A stretch of 62,505 nt of DNA, the filler included, from an uncultured Myxococcia bacterium (GTDB lineage Bacteria > CAZTWC01): NCBI GenBank assembly GCA_964617105.1. It is 19 parts of 19 records of this genome, joined end to end, with 100 filler letters (N's around TTAATTAATTAA, not from the genome) between each part and the next. Parts side by side here need not be neighbours in the genome. Positions count along the whole stretch, not along the records: positions 1 to 3,308 come from CAZTWC010000364.1; positions 3,409 to 6,698 come from CAZTWC010000365.1; positions 6,799 to 10,075 come from CAZTWC010000366.1; 16 more parts are not named here. One strand, 5' to 3'. Of this stretch, positions 1 through 10,175 are shown piece after piece. Below the pieces are notes generated by a model that was given only the letters and a program-made list of their open reading frames with translations, was not told where the DNA came from and did not search any database. The position numbers and the translations under genes are program-made. The first letter of the stretch is position 1. The number at the start of each line of letters is the position of its first letter.

Positions 1-2
1 CC

Positions 3-860
3 TCTAAAATTGAGGCTGATAAAACCGACCAGGCAACCACAAAAGATGTAGTAGCCTCAGTGGGTAACTCCCAAATTACCCTGGAGCAATTCTTGGCAGA
101 GTTTAACCGGCAAAGTCCCTTTTACCGGGCCCGTTTCAACACCCTACAACGACGGGTGGAATTTTTGGAAAATATGGTAAGGCTGGAAGCCATGGCGGAA
201 GAAGCCCGGCATCGAGGATTGGACAACCACCCGGAAGTGAAACGTAGTCATAAAAAAAAGATGGTTCAAGTATTAATACAGGAAGAGTTTGAAAAACTGG
301 TAAAAAAAGATGATATCACCGAGGATGAGATGCAAAAATACTATAAACAGCATTGGCGAGATTACAACAAACCAGACATGAGAAGAATCAGCCACATCTT
401 CACCCCCTTTGGTAAAGATAAAAAAAACAGTAGAAAACAGATTAAAGAGATTAAACGGCAATTAATAAAAATGGGCGGGAAATTACACCACTTTGCCTCT
501 CTGGCCGCCAAATATTCCCATGATAACACAACCAAAAACAAGGGTGGCGATCTCAACTTCATGGCCAAATCTGACCTGGAAAAAGCGCTGGGACCTAAAG
601 TGGCTGCCGAAGCCTTTAAGTTAAAAGTCAATATGTTAAGTAATATTCTCGAATCCAGGTCTGGTTTCCATATTTTAATGCTTACCGGCAAAATGGATAA
701 ACTGGAGCAACCTTTTGAAAAGGTGAAAGATAACGTGCAGACCCGCCTTTACCGGGAGCGGCGCAACCAGGCTTATGAAAAATATGTCAATGATATCAAG
801 CAAAAATCCGGAGCTAAGATATTTCGCCAAACTTTGGCCAAATCTTTAAAACTAAAGTGA
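3..860 (+). CDS. PpiC/parvulin-type peptidyl-prolyl isomerase (SurA/PrsA-like), 5'-partial
   Basis: Rotamase motifs RISHIF, FASLAAKYSHD, KGGDLNF and SGFHIL; frame open back to position 3. Confidence 0.85.
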   Translation, partial: SKIEADKTDQATTKDVVASVGNSQITLEQFLAEFNRQSPFYRARFNTLQRRVEFLENMVRLEAMAEEARHRGLDNHPEVKRSHKKKMVQVLIQEEFEKLVKKDDITEDEMQKYYKQHWRDYNKPDMRRISHIFTPFGKDKKNSRKQIKEIKRQLIKMGGKLHHFASLAAKYSHDNTTKNKGGDLNFMAKSDLEKALGPKVAAEAFKLKVNMLSNILESRSGFHILMLTGKMDKLEQPFEKVKDNVQTRLYRERRNQAYEKYVNDIKQKSGAKIFRQTLAKSLKLK

Positions 861-2207
861 TCAGGTTAAACCTGGTAGGAATATATACCCACCCAAAAAA
901 ATCGCGGCCAGCAAATAAACCATCCAGGAAATTTCCCGGACCCGGCCGGAGATCAATTTTAGCAGGGCATAACTGATAAATCCCAGAGCCAGGCCGTGGC
1001 TAATGGAAAAAGTGAGCGGCATAATAATAATAGTTAAAAAAGCAGGGATAGATTCGGTATAATTGTCCCATTCAATTTTGCGAATGCAACTTATCATTAA
1101 AAAACCCACCACCACCAGTGCGGGTGAAGTAACCGGGTGGAGATAGACACCAGGCTCCACCTTGTATCCACCGCCCAGCATCTCGGCCAAAGGGGTAAAA
1201 AACAGGGCAATCAAAAATAGGCAAGCGGTAAAGATACTGCTCAAACCGGTTTTACCCCCCTCACTCACTCCAGCCGAACTCTCAATATAACTGGTCACTG
1301 TGGAGGTGCCGCAGATAGAACCTATCATAGTTCCTAATGAATCGCTCAACAAAGCCGGAGTAGCCCGTTTTAATTTCCCCTCTTTCAACAGGCCGGCTTT
1401 TTCCCCTACCCCGATCAAAGTGCCTATGGTATCGAACATATCCACAAAAAGTAAAACCAGCAGAGGCGCCAGATATTTCACTTGCAAAGCATCAAAAATA
1501 CGCAATTGACCAAACACCGGCTTTATGGATGGAAAACCAAAAATCCCCCGGTATTCCACCACACCCAGCAGCAAACCCATGATACCTGAGCCCAGTATGC
1601 CCCACAACAGGCTGCCCTTGACTCGGCGGGCAATCAATCCCACCGTTAAAAGCAGGCCAAAAATGGAAACCAGCACTGGCTTGCTGGACAAATCTCCCAG
1701 TTTGACATAGGTGACAGGGTGGCTTGCTACAATGCCTCCCTCTTTGAGGCCGATAAAAGCGATAAACAGTCCGATACCCACGGCTACCGCAATCTTCAGG
1801 CTAGGCGGTATGGCATCTATGATCATCTCTCGAATTTTAACCAGGGTTAAAAGGGTAAAAAACAGGCCAGAGATAAAAACAATACCCAAAGCAGTCTGCC
1901 AGGGGACTTTCATTCCCAGACAGACGGAATAAGCAAAAAAAGCGTTAAGACCCATGCCCGGTGCCAGGGCAATGGGATAACGGGCCGCCAGAGCCATAAT
2001 AAAGGTAGCAGCAGCCGAAGCAATGCAGGTGGCCGCCATAACTGCCGGAAATTTGTCTGCTCCCATGGCTGCCGTCAAAATAGACGGGTTGACAAAAATT
2101 ATATAGGCCATGGTCATAAAGGTGGTGGTTCCAGCGATAAATTCCGTTTTGATATCGGTTTTATTCTCGGCCAGACGAAAGTATTGGGATAAAAATTTAG
2201 GGGCCAT
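861..2207 (-). CDS. NCS2-family (AzgA/PbuG-like) purine permease
   Basis: TEFIAGTTTFMTMAYIIFVNP, PIALAPGMGLNAFF, DMFDTIGTL, TSYIESSAGVSEGGKTGL; polytopic membrane protein. Confidence 0.93.
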   Translation of the reverse strand: MAPKFLSQYFRLAENKTDIKTEFIAGTTTFMTMAYIIFVNPSILTAAMGADKFPAVMAATCIASAAATFIMALAARYPIALAPGMGLNAFFAYSVCLGMKVPWQTALGIVFISGLFFTLLTLVKIREMIIDAIPPSLKIAVAVGIGLFIAFIGLKEGGIVASHPVTYVKLGDLSSKPVLVSIFGLLLTVGLIARRVKGSLLWGILGSGIMGLLLGVVEYRGIFGFPSIKPVFGQLRIFDALQVKYLAPLLVLLFVDMFDTIGTLIGVGEKAGLLKEGKLKRATPALLSDSLGTMIGSICGTSTVTSYIESSAGVSEGGKTGLSSIFTACLFLIALFFTPLAEMLGGGYKVEPGVYLHPVTSPALVVVGFLMISCIRKIEWDNYTESIPAFLTIIIMPLTFSISHGLALGFISYALLKLISGRVREISWMVYLLAAIFLGGYIFLPGLT

Positions 2208-2221
2208 TTTTCTCTTGTTTC

Positions 2222-3308
2222 CTAAGTAGGAAAAGACATTCTGAAAAGAGTGCCAAGTCCCGAGTTGGAGCGACAGATAATCTCCCCCCTGTGTTCCCGT
2301 ATTATGCCGTATACAATGGAAAGTCCTACCCCGGTCCCTTTGCCGACCTCCTTGGTGGTAAAAAAAGGCTCAAAGATTTTTTCTTGAATCTCTTTTTTTA
2401 TCCCCATGCCATTATCGGAAAAATCTATTATCAGAGACTTGCAATTGCCGTGCAAATAGATATCAATGGTGATCTTGGCGTCTTTCTGGTTCCTATCAAA
2501 AGCATCAGTGGCATTTTGAAAAAGGTTGATAAAGACCTGTTCCAATTGATTTTCATTACCAAACACCGAAGGAAGGTCATCTTCAATATTTTTTTCCACC
2601 ATAATATTGTTCGCTTCTAACTTTTTACCCAACAACAGCAATGAATTATCCAATATGGTGCTTACCTGCACCTTCTTAAAATTGGTCTCGTTGGCGCGAC
2701 CGAAACTCCTGAGATGATCTATGATTTTGGTAATCCGCTTTATCTGATGCAGGCACTTTTTACAACCATCCTGTAAAAAATTTATATCTAACTTTCCATC
2801 AACGCTACGACCATGTATTGCGTAGATAAAACTGTTAATATAGGTCAAAGGCTGGTTGATCTCGTGAGCAATACCAGTGGCGATTTCACCTAAAGAAGCC
2901 AACTTGGAAGCAGCCAGCATCTGGGTACGCATCAATTCCCACTCTGTCTCCGCCTCCTTCTTAGCGCTCACATCCTTGATAATCAACACCTTCCCCTCCT
3001 CTGCCCTTTCCAAACTACGGATGCGCGATCCAGAGACTAATACCGGAAAGGTAGAACCATCCTGACGAATAGCCTGGGACTCCTGATTGACAAATTCCTC
3101 CCAATCCTTCTCCAATTCATTCACCTGATTTAAAAGGTCTTTCCCTTTTAATAAAACATCCGCCCTTTTGCCTTCCAGTTCATTGCGTTGGTAACCCAGG
3201 GTAGCGCCGCCCAAATAATTTATAGTACCGTCCAGATCCAAAACCAGTAAAGTGTCTGACAGGGAACGGATAATATCCTCGGTGTATTGATGGGCCAGAG
3301 TCAATTCC
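2222..3308 (-). CDS. PAS-domain sensor histidine kinase, 5'-partial
   Basis: H-box GIAHEINQPL, N-box QVFINLFQNA, G1 DNGMG, F-box FEPFFTTK, G2 GTGVGL. Confidence 0.92.
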
Positions 3309-3408
3309 NNNNNNNNNNNNNNNNNNNNNNNNNNNNNNNNNNNNNNNNNNNNTTAATTAATTAANNNNNNNNNNNNNNNNNNNNNNNNNNNNNNNNNNNN
3401 NNNNNNNN
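3309..3408. other. Artificial contig spacer (N44-TTAATTAATTAA-N44), first of 18
   Basis: Identical 100-nt spacers at 3309, 6699, 10076, 13452, 16824, 20189, 23549, 26903, 30235, 33538, 36832, 40102, 43371, 46621, 49870, 53051, 56228 and 59368. The core has stops in all six frames, and the segments between spacers fall monotonically in length (3308, 3290, 3277 ... 3038). Confidence 0.99.
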
Positions 3409-3438
3409 TTTTTTTCATTAAAGCACACCATTTATACC

Positions 3439-3463
3439 TGTCTAGTTTTTGGGGTCCATTATA
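3439..3463 (+). mobile_element. Probable right inverted repeat of an IS3-family element at the contig edge
   Basis: TGTCTAGTTTTTGGGGTCCATTATA resembles the TGTC-N-TGGGGTCCA-N pattern I recall for IS3-family ends; it lies 30 nt from the contig start. No transposase visible. Confidence 0.4.
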
Positions 3464-3839
3464 GACTATTCATTAATCAATATCCGCCTAAAGGCTGTAA
3501 AGGTAACAGAAAAAAGTTGTAACCTATTTTTAATTCGGTCCGATTTAAAGATTAGGTGATTTTAAGAGCCAAAACGATAACTATTCTTCTTTCAGAATTC
3601 GATGTTACTCAAAATACTTTGAGTTTCAACCCATGAGTTTTAACTGGCGCCATCTTTTAATATAAATATAATAAATGGTCATGAAAAGTTGACAATTTCT
3701 ATTGATTTGTTAGAAAATTTAGTATTGATAAATGATTTGTTATGTTAATATTTATATAACTCTGCTTACATAATAACATCTAACTATTCAAATTAAAGTG
3801 TTGTTTCGATGCAAGTAACATTTAAAAGGAGAAGATTCA

Positions 3840-4826
3840 ATGAGAAAAATTTCACATCTGATTAGTATACTGGGTTTATTCATTATCATTGTAATTACTC
3901 TTACCTCTGGTCCAATTAGTGCGCAAAATATTACCAGAGAGATTCAAAAAATCCAGGATGGGCAAAAAATTAATGCTTCAGTTATTATCTATGGAGTTGT
4001 TGATCGCTGGAACATAAATAAAGCCAACAATACAATCTCTTATGTAATTGTGGATGATTGGGGAGATAAAATCACTATTATTGCCACTGGTGAACATCCT
4101 AAAACCCACAAGCGGTATAAAGTTTCGGGTTATGTTTCTTATGACCAGGCCAATCGTGAATACCAGGTGATGCAAACTGCCAGAGAAAGTGTTAGCCCGT
4201 CTGCCGCTGAACCTGCACCTACACAAACTTATACGCCGCCACCGGTGCAACAGCAATCTTCTAATGAAAATGTTATTATTATAATCTTGATCATTGCTGT
4301 TTTAGCGGTAATTGGTGGTTTGATATTTGTTGTTGTCAAAAGCCGCTCAACTCCTCCTGGTGGAACAGACTTCACTTCCGATTTCAGTGACGGCGCAGTT
4401 GTTACTATAGCCGATAAAACCCAAAAAATCACTGCCGCTGTGGCAGATCAAAAGGCGGTGGAAATGGGAACGGTCAAAGTCATGCCAGGACGCTTTGAGG
4501 TCCAAGGAGGAGTTGATCTTAAAGAGATCCGCCTTATTAGGCCAAAGGGAGTTCCAGATCACTCCCTCCAATACACCTTTGGCCGTTTGTCTGGAGACAA
4601 AATAACTCATATACAACTTAATGACTCGACTGTATCTAGTAAACAGGCTTATTTAAGATACAAAAATGGCAAATATGCCCTGGTAAATATTCCCGACCCA
4701 GACGACCCGGACCGCAACGCCACTACTCTCAACAATAATAAAATGGGCGCCAATGAAAGCCTCGAACTAAACGACAAAGATGTTATTCAAATGGGTTATG
4801 TAACCTTAGTTTATCACGTCAGATAA
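3840..4826 (+). CDS. Membrane protein: signal peptide, OB-fold-like ectodomain, Pro/Gln linker, TM helix, cytoplasmic FHA domain
   Basis: RBS AAAGGAGA; hydrophobic N-terminus; TM VIIIILIIAVLAVIGGLIFVVV; FHA motifs FGR...DSTVSSKQA...NATTLN...LNDKDVIQMG. Confidence 0.8.
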   Translation: MRKISHLISILGLFIIIVITLTSGPISAQNITREIQKIQDGQKINASVIIYGVVDRWNINKANNTISYVIVDDWGDKITIIATGEHPKTHKRYKVSGYVSYDQANREYQVMQTARESVSPSAAEPAPTQTYTPPPVQQQSSNENVIIIILIIAVLAVIGGLIFVVVKSRSTPPGGTDFTSDFSDGAVVTIADKTQKITAAVADQKAVEMGTVKVMPGRFEVQGGVDLKEIRLIRPKGVPDHSLQYTFGRLSGDKITHIQLNDSTVSSKQAYLRYKNGKYALVNIPDPDDPDRNATTLNNNKMGANESLELNDKDVIQMGYVTLVYHVR

Positions 4827-5092
4827 CTACAGAAATATTTAAAGAATAAAAGTAGTCGTTCTAGTTAAGCTCCCCTTTTATGGTGCACTTAAAAACTTTC
4901 AAAATAAAAGGTAATTATTTATTTAAGTACCCTTTGTTCCTCGATAAGTTAACATTTTATGAAGCAAAACTAAACCTGACAACCTTTTTAAACTTTTACG
5001 AGTTCATCAATACAACTTATAGTCATAACCACAACTACTCTAAAAATTGGCAGTAATTCAATTTCAACCAAATTTTTTATTTATGGAGCAAT

Positions 5093-6478
5093 ATGGAACT
5101 TAAATGTCATGGTATAAGTGTTACCGGTCACAGAGAAGAGAATCAGGACAATTTTTTTGTTGATATTTTTCAACCCGAAAAAGGTTGTTTAAAAGCCATG
5201 GCAGCTGTTTTTGACGGAATGGGCGGACAAATGGGGGGACAAACAGCCAGCCGGCTGGCAAAAAAGGTGCTGGAAGAGAGTCTGGGTGAACCTCCTGTTG
5301 ATAACCATGCTATGGATGCATGGTTAAGGGGTTTAACTCGCTCTATCCAGGCAACTCTGGAAGATGAGAGCGGACGCAATCAGCAATACGCTGGAATGGG
5401 CACAACTATGGTGGTGGCAGCGGTTACTGAAGATACTGTTTGGGTAGCCAATGTTGGTGACAGCCGAACCTATAGAGTTACAGAAACGGGAACTGAGCAG
5501 TTGACAGCAGACCATACTGCTGTCCAAGATGCTATTGATCGGGGTTTATATAAACTAGAAGATATTCTCGACAATCCAACTATGATGCAAATGGATTCAG
5601 CCCTGATTCGAAATTTAGGAAAAGATGGCAAACCAGAGCCTGATATATACCAATTTCCTTTACAGAGTGGGGAGGCTTTTCTGCTATGTTCAGATGGTTT
5701 AAGCGGTAGCTTGACAAAGCCGTTGATCTCATTGGAGGAGATTCAGAAGCATATATTTGCCACCAAAAACCTGAAGATAGGGGCTAACAATCTGGCCAGT
5801 CTGGCTTTTAGGCATGGTTCCACCGATAATATCACCGTAATTTTACTGGAAACAGGGACTCTAAACCGGGCTGAAAAGGAGATAGAAAAACTGCGGTCAG
5901 TAGAAACTTTACAGAAGCGCCAAAAGCAGAAAAGGGAGGCAAAAATAGAGTTTCTTCGTCAACGAGCACTTTACAAAAAACTTATTCCAATTGGCGTCAT
6001 ATTAACTGGACTAATGCTTTTGGTGATTTTGTTACTTTTGATGAAAAAATCACCTGAGTCCACAATATCAGTGCCGACTCAGGTTAATGACCAGAAAAAT
6101 ATCAGAAAAAAAATAGCCCCCGTTAAAACTGAGTTAAAAAAGAGAGTCCGAAAAAAACATCCATTATCGGTTGAGTGGTCAAATTATTCTCCCGGCGAAA
6201 TAGAGATGATACGCAAAGAAGAGTCACTGTTGTTTACAATTTACAACCTGGACTATAAAAATAAATTTACAATCAGGCTGAATATCAGTAAAAACCAAAA
6301 TATGAAACCACTTTTCCGCACCTTTGATCTCACTTCGCAGGTAAAAAAGGGCAATTTCAACATCCCTTTGAATACATTTGGCATTTACAATGGAAAATGG
6401 AGTCTGCAACTTATCCTTAAAAAAAATAACCATCAATACATTACCAAAACTAGGCACATTGATGTTGTAGGTCAATAG
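5093..6478 (+). CDS. PP2C-family Ser/Thr phosphatase with TM helix and C-terminal extracytoplasmic domain
   Basis: REENQD, VFDGMGG, GMGTT, NVGDSR, LTADH, LLCSDGL, STDNIT motifs; TM IPIGVILTGLMLLVILLLLM. Confidence 0.9.
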   Translation: MELKCHGISVTGHREENQDNFFVDIFQPEKGCLKAMAAVFDGMGGQMGGQTASRLAKKVLEESLGEPPVDNHAMDAWLRGLTRSIQATLEDESGRNQQYAGMGTTMVVAAVTEDTVWVANVGDSRTYRVTETGTEQLTADHTAVQDAIDRGLYKLEDILDNPTMMQMDSALIRNLGKDGKPEPDIYQFPLQSGEAFLLCSDGLSGSLTKPLISLEEIQKHIFATKNLKIGANNLASLAFRHGSTDNITVILLETGTLNRAEKEIEKLRSVETLQKRQKQKREAKIEFLRQRALYKKLIPIGVILTGLMLLVILLLLMKKSPESTISVPTQVNDQKNIRKKIAPVKTELKKRVRKKHPLSVEWSNYSPGEIEMIRKEESLLFTIYNLDYKNKFTIRLNISKNQNMKPLFRTFDLTSQVKKGNFNIPLNTFGIYNGKWSLQLILKKNNHQYITKTRHIDVVGQ

Positions 6479-6566
6479 TTATATGATATCTGTAAATCTC
6501 CAGCGACTTTTCGCAAACACCTGATCTTTGTATGACAAAGAGTTATTTTTAAAAGGAGCTCATAAA

Positions 6567-6698
6567 ATGGACTCAAATTTGCTTATTGTCCTACTTTTAA
6601 TTGGGCTGTTGATTCTTGCCGCTCTGGTGGTGATTATAGTTCAATTGAGGAAACGTCCCCGCCAGAGTCATCACCCCTCTGGTCCCATCTCATCTGGG
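6567..6698 (+). CDS. Membrane-anchored hypothetical protein, 3'-partial
   Basis: RBS AAGGAG before ATG 6567; N-terminal TM helix followed by basic residues; runs into the spacer. Confidence 0.65.
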
Positions 6699-6798
6699 NN
6701 NNNNNNNNNNNNNNNNNNNNNNNNNNNNNNNNNNNNNNNNNNTTAATTAATTAANNNNNNNNNNNNNNNNNNNNNNNNNNNNNNNNNNNNNNNNNNNN

Positions 6799-7031
6799 AT
6801 AAAACTGCTGGCTTCATCTCCTTTAACGCTAAAAGAAGCTAATATAATAAAAGCCACGCACACCGCAGAAATTTCGATAATTGAAGGTATATTGCCTTTA
6901 AGTAAAACCTGCTCAGCAATTTTATGATCTTTGGTTAAAAACTTGGAATAGATGCTGATAAAAATAAAAGCAGTAACACCCACCATAAGCAAGTATGCCA
7001 GTTGTTCACCTAGATCGCTTATAAATTCCAT
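6799..7031 (-). CDS. DUF350-like membrane protein, 3'-partial
   Basis: Two TM segments around TKDHKIAEQVLLKGN, a DUF350-like 'E+..GN' loop; RBS GAGGT. Confidence 0.5.
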
Positions 7032-7071
7032 AGTTTACCTCATTTCACATTGAGAATGGTCAATATTTATT

Positions 7072-8247
7072 TTATTTGCCGCCGAACAGCCCTGAACCAC
7101 CGCCCAAGAAACTGCCGCGACCACGGCTTCTGCTGCCGTAATTGCTCCGGCCGCTGCCGCCAAACCAGGAGTTTGTGCGCCGGCGATTGTTTCTGCCACC
7201 CACCTGCCGTCTCTCCCCGCTGGTCCTGGAGCCCATGGTGGTTCCTCTTCTGGTGGAGGGGCGGGTATGCCGGGCTTTGTAACCGCTCTCCTGTTTCATC
7301 CTCTGTAGTTTGGACTTATCTATCCGCCTGCCAGAAGAAGTAAAGGGAGATGTTTTCCGAGTCGCTCCCTGCATCCTGGAGCGGTTCATTCCTCGGCGGC
7401 TGTCATTATAGCGGGAAGCACCCGCTTTTTTATACATTGGACCGCCAGCCCGTCCACCCCTCATATTGCCCACCGGTCTGGGCCGGTAAGGCGGGTACCC
7501 GAAACCACGCCCAAATCCCATCCCCATCCCCATAGGCCGGAACAAATAACTCAGGAACATTATCTTGCCATAGGTGGCCCAAAATCCACCGTGGCCCTGG
7601 TGGTAGTACATGTGTCCGCCACGGCGGGCAGAGTTTTCGTAAAAATCTGGAGAACCCTGGGCCTGTATCTGGGGCCCTTTACCCGTTTTTTGATTCAAAG
7701 CCACCGTAATACTGGCAATATCAAAACACTTGGAGTTCTGAATCTCCTTCCAAAGGGAACTGTCCCCCTGAGGTAAGGCGCCAAAGTCAACTTTTTCCGG
7801 GTCCGGGATTTGAATAAAAAAGGTAACATAACCTTCCCGCTCAGAAGGTTCTGCTCTAATCAAGACCGGATCGGCCTGACCATCAGGAGCAAACTTGTTA
7901 CCCGGAGAACCGATATCAATGGCAGAAATATTCTGCACCTCATTTTGTAAGGTGGCCACCACATAGGAGGCAAACTGCTCCTCTTTATACCCTTTTTGCA
8001 GGGCATCTTTAATGATCTCGTTGGCCAGGGCAGGTAAAACCGAAATATCCAAATCCTGGTTTGTCAACCCCAAAGACTTCAAATTGTCGGTCAATTGGGG
8101 ACCACCACTTTGGATCCCTTGAAAAGAATTGGCTTGAGGATAATATCTCTGATTTCTTTTGCCTTGATCACTACAAATGGATAAAAAGAAGATCACCGAA
8201 CAGATCACTATCACAATAGTCAAAAGGTTCTTCTGGTTCTGCTCCAT
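7072..8247 (-). CDS. Exported hypothetical protein with a globular acidic domain and a long Arg/Gly/Ser-rich tail ending GGK
   Basis: RBS AGGAG; signal/TM with Cys (FLSICS); hydrophobic patch FWATYGKIMFLSYLF; about 150-aa low-complexity basic tail. Confidence 0.75.
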   Translation of the reverse strand: MEQNQKNLLTIVIVICSVIFFLSICSDQGKRNQRYYPQANSFQGIQSGGPQLTDNLKSLGLTNQDLDISVLPALANEIIKDALQKGYKEEQFASYVVATLQNEVQNISAIDIGSPGNKFAPDGQADPVLIRAEPSEREGYVTFFIQIPDPEKVDFGALPQGDSSLWKEIQNSKCFDIASITVALNQKTGKGPQIQAQGSPDFYENSARRGGHMYYHQGHGGFWATYGKIMFLSYLFRPMGMGMGFGRGFGYPPYRPRPVGNMRGGRAGGPMYKKAGASRYNDSRRGMNRSRMQGATRKTSPFTSSGRRIDKSKLQRMKQESGYKARHTRPSTRRGTTMGSRTSGERRQVGGRNNRRRTNSWFGGSGRSNYGSRSRGRGSFLGGGSGLFGGK

Positions 8248-8300
8248 AAAAACTCCTAATTTATAATTGTAAGCCGTAAAATTTATTAAAGTCCATTATT

Positions 8301-8328
8301 ATGATATATCTAATACCCAGTTTGTCAA
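8301..8328 (-). promoter_or_regulatory. Candidate sigma70 promoter for the 8247 ORF
   Basis: TTGACA-16 nt-TATCAT on the minus strand. Confidence 0.45.
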
Positions 8329-8400
8329 TGGTTAAGTGCTATCACCACCTACATCGGCGTCCGTAAATGGCCGTTATCACCAGCAAACAAAGGGCGTCGG

Positions 8401-10075
8401 TCAAAACATCCCTATGGAAAAATGAACCATCCAATCCTCCTCTTGGAGGCTTTTTTTGGGATCTAATTTAAAGGCGAAATCCACTGATATGGGCCCCACC
8501 GGGGTGAGATAACGTAAACCGGTTCCAGTTGAAGAACGCAACTGGGACAGATCAAAATTATCAGGATCCTGCCAAATATTGCCAGCATCCATAAAAAAAC
8601 CCAAATAGAAGTTATTAACCACTGGAATCCGCAACTCCCCTTTGAACTCCACCATAGCTTCTCCGCCGGAACTCCACTCCTTTTTAATATCTACCATCTC
8701 TGTTTTTGCTCTCTTCAGGCGCTGTTTCATTATTTCTGCAGGCAGCACTCCGCGCTCAGCAAAACCCCGCAAACTCATCCTTCCTCCTAAATAAAACTTT
8801 TTGTGCAAAGGCACCTGAGCCTCCTCTGATATCTTGTAAATTTTTCCCACCCCCCCCGAAAGAGCAAAGGTGGTGGCTTTACCTAAGGGGAGATAAACTC
8901 TGATTTGCCCCATCATTTTAACAAAACTGACGCCAGGGGAATCGGGATCCTCAGTATAATAACTATTATAATAATCAGAAATCAAGGACAAAAACAGCCC
9001 CTTATGGGGATTAAAAGGATCATCTCTTAAATCGAGGATAAATTCCGGTCGTACAGAGGCAAACACCCCAGCCGTCCTCCCCTTTTTAATAATATCCGCC
9101 TGGGAATCCTGTTGTCCGTCAACTCCATTGCCATTATTGGCCTGCCCATTGCTGCTAGTGGAATCTTTGCTGGCAACATTAGCACTCTTCTCCCCAGAAG
9201 TGCTCCCCAGGCCAAAAATAGCACTATCGTAGTAATTGTATTCAATCTCATAGTTTAAGTTAAAACTAAAAAACTTCCATAGTCGACTCTCAGAGCCCAA
9301 ATTGGCAGAAAACTGATCTAACCGAAAATCATTCTCCCTTTCGTGCATTATATTAAATTTCAATCCCAGGGGATATGGTACTCCATAAATCTTGGGATAG
9401 TTAACCCCCATGGTTAAAAATCGCTCTAACAGATTATATGATTCTACCTCTCCATAATTCTTCCGCTTGTTTTCCGGAAGCCAATTTGGCACCGGATAGT
9501 TGAACTTAATCTTGCTAAAAAACTCCAGCATATAACCGCCAAAATTGAGGTGATTATAATCCAGTTGCCCTCTAATTCCATCCTCCTTGCTGGCGCCAAA
9601 CTTAAACTCCACCGCCCTGGGTCTCCTGGGCTTAACCGAAACTATTATATCTTTGATATCTTCTGGCAACTCCCGGTTCATGGGCTGAATAATCACCCCG
9701 GAGATTGCTCTCTGACGGGAGAGTTCTTCCTGACTGGCCTCGATTTTAAGTGGATCATAGACCTGCTGGCTTTTAAATGAGAGGTAATCCCGAATAATGT
9801 TTTCTGAGGTAAAAGTATTACCTTTAATTATTATATTGCCAATCTTTACCTCTGGTCCCTCCTTAATTTTAAACAAAACTGTGGCCTTTTCCCGGTTTAG
9901 GGAAAACTTCATCTCTTCCTCCACCTGGCAATAGAGATATCCCTGCAGGGCATATTGTTTAATAATAGCCTGCCGGGCCTGGTTGACTTTAAAAGTATCC
10001 AGCGGCATAGCCATATGCAGTCCGGCTTTATCTTCAATCTCCTCTTGCAACTGTTGGCTGGTAAATATAGTGTTG
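8401..10075 (-). CDS. Omp85 (BamA/TamA-family) outer-membrane protein, 5'-partial
   Basis: POTRA repeats (VKIGNIIIKGNTFTSENIIR), FYLGGRMSLRGF loop, GLRYLTPVGPISVDF, terminal HFSIGMF. Confidence 0.9.
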
Positions 10076-10175
10076 NNNNNNNNNNNNNNNNNNNNNNNNN
10101 NNNNNNNNNNNNNNNNNNNTTAATTAATTAANNNNNNNNNNNNNNNNNNNNNNNNNNNNNNNNNNNNNNNNNNNN

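Noticed and set aside
4864-4896. GTTAAGCTCCCCTTTTATGGTGCACTTAAAAAC as a lone CRISPR-like repeat
   Set aside because: Single copy, weak stem, no spacers or cas genes.
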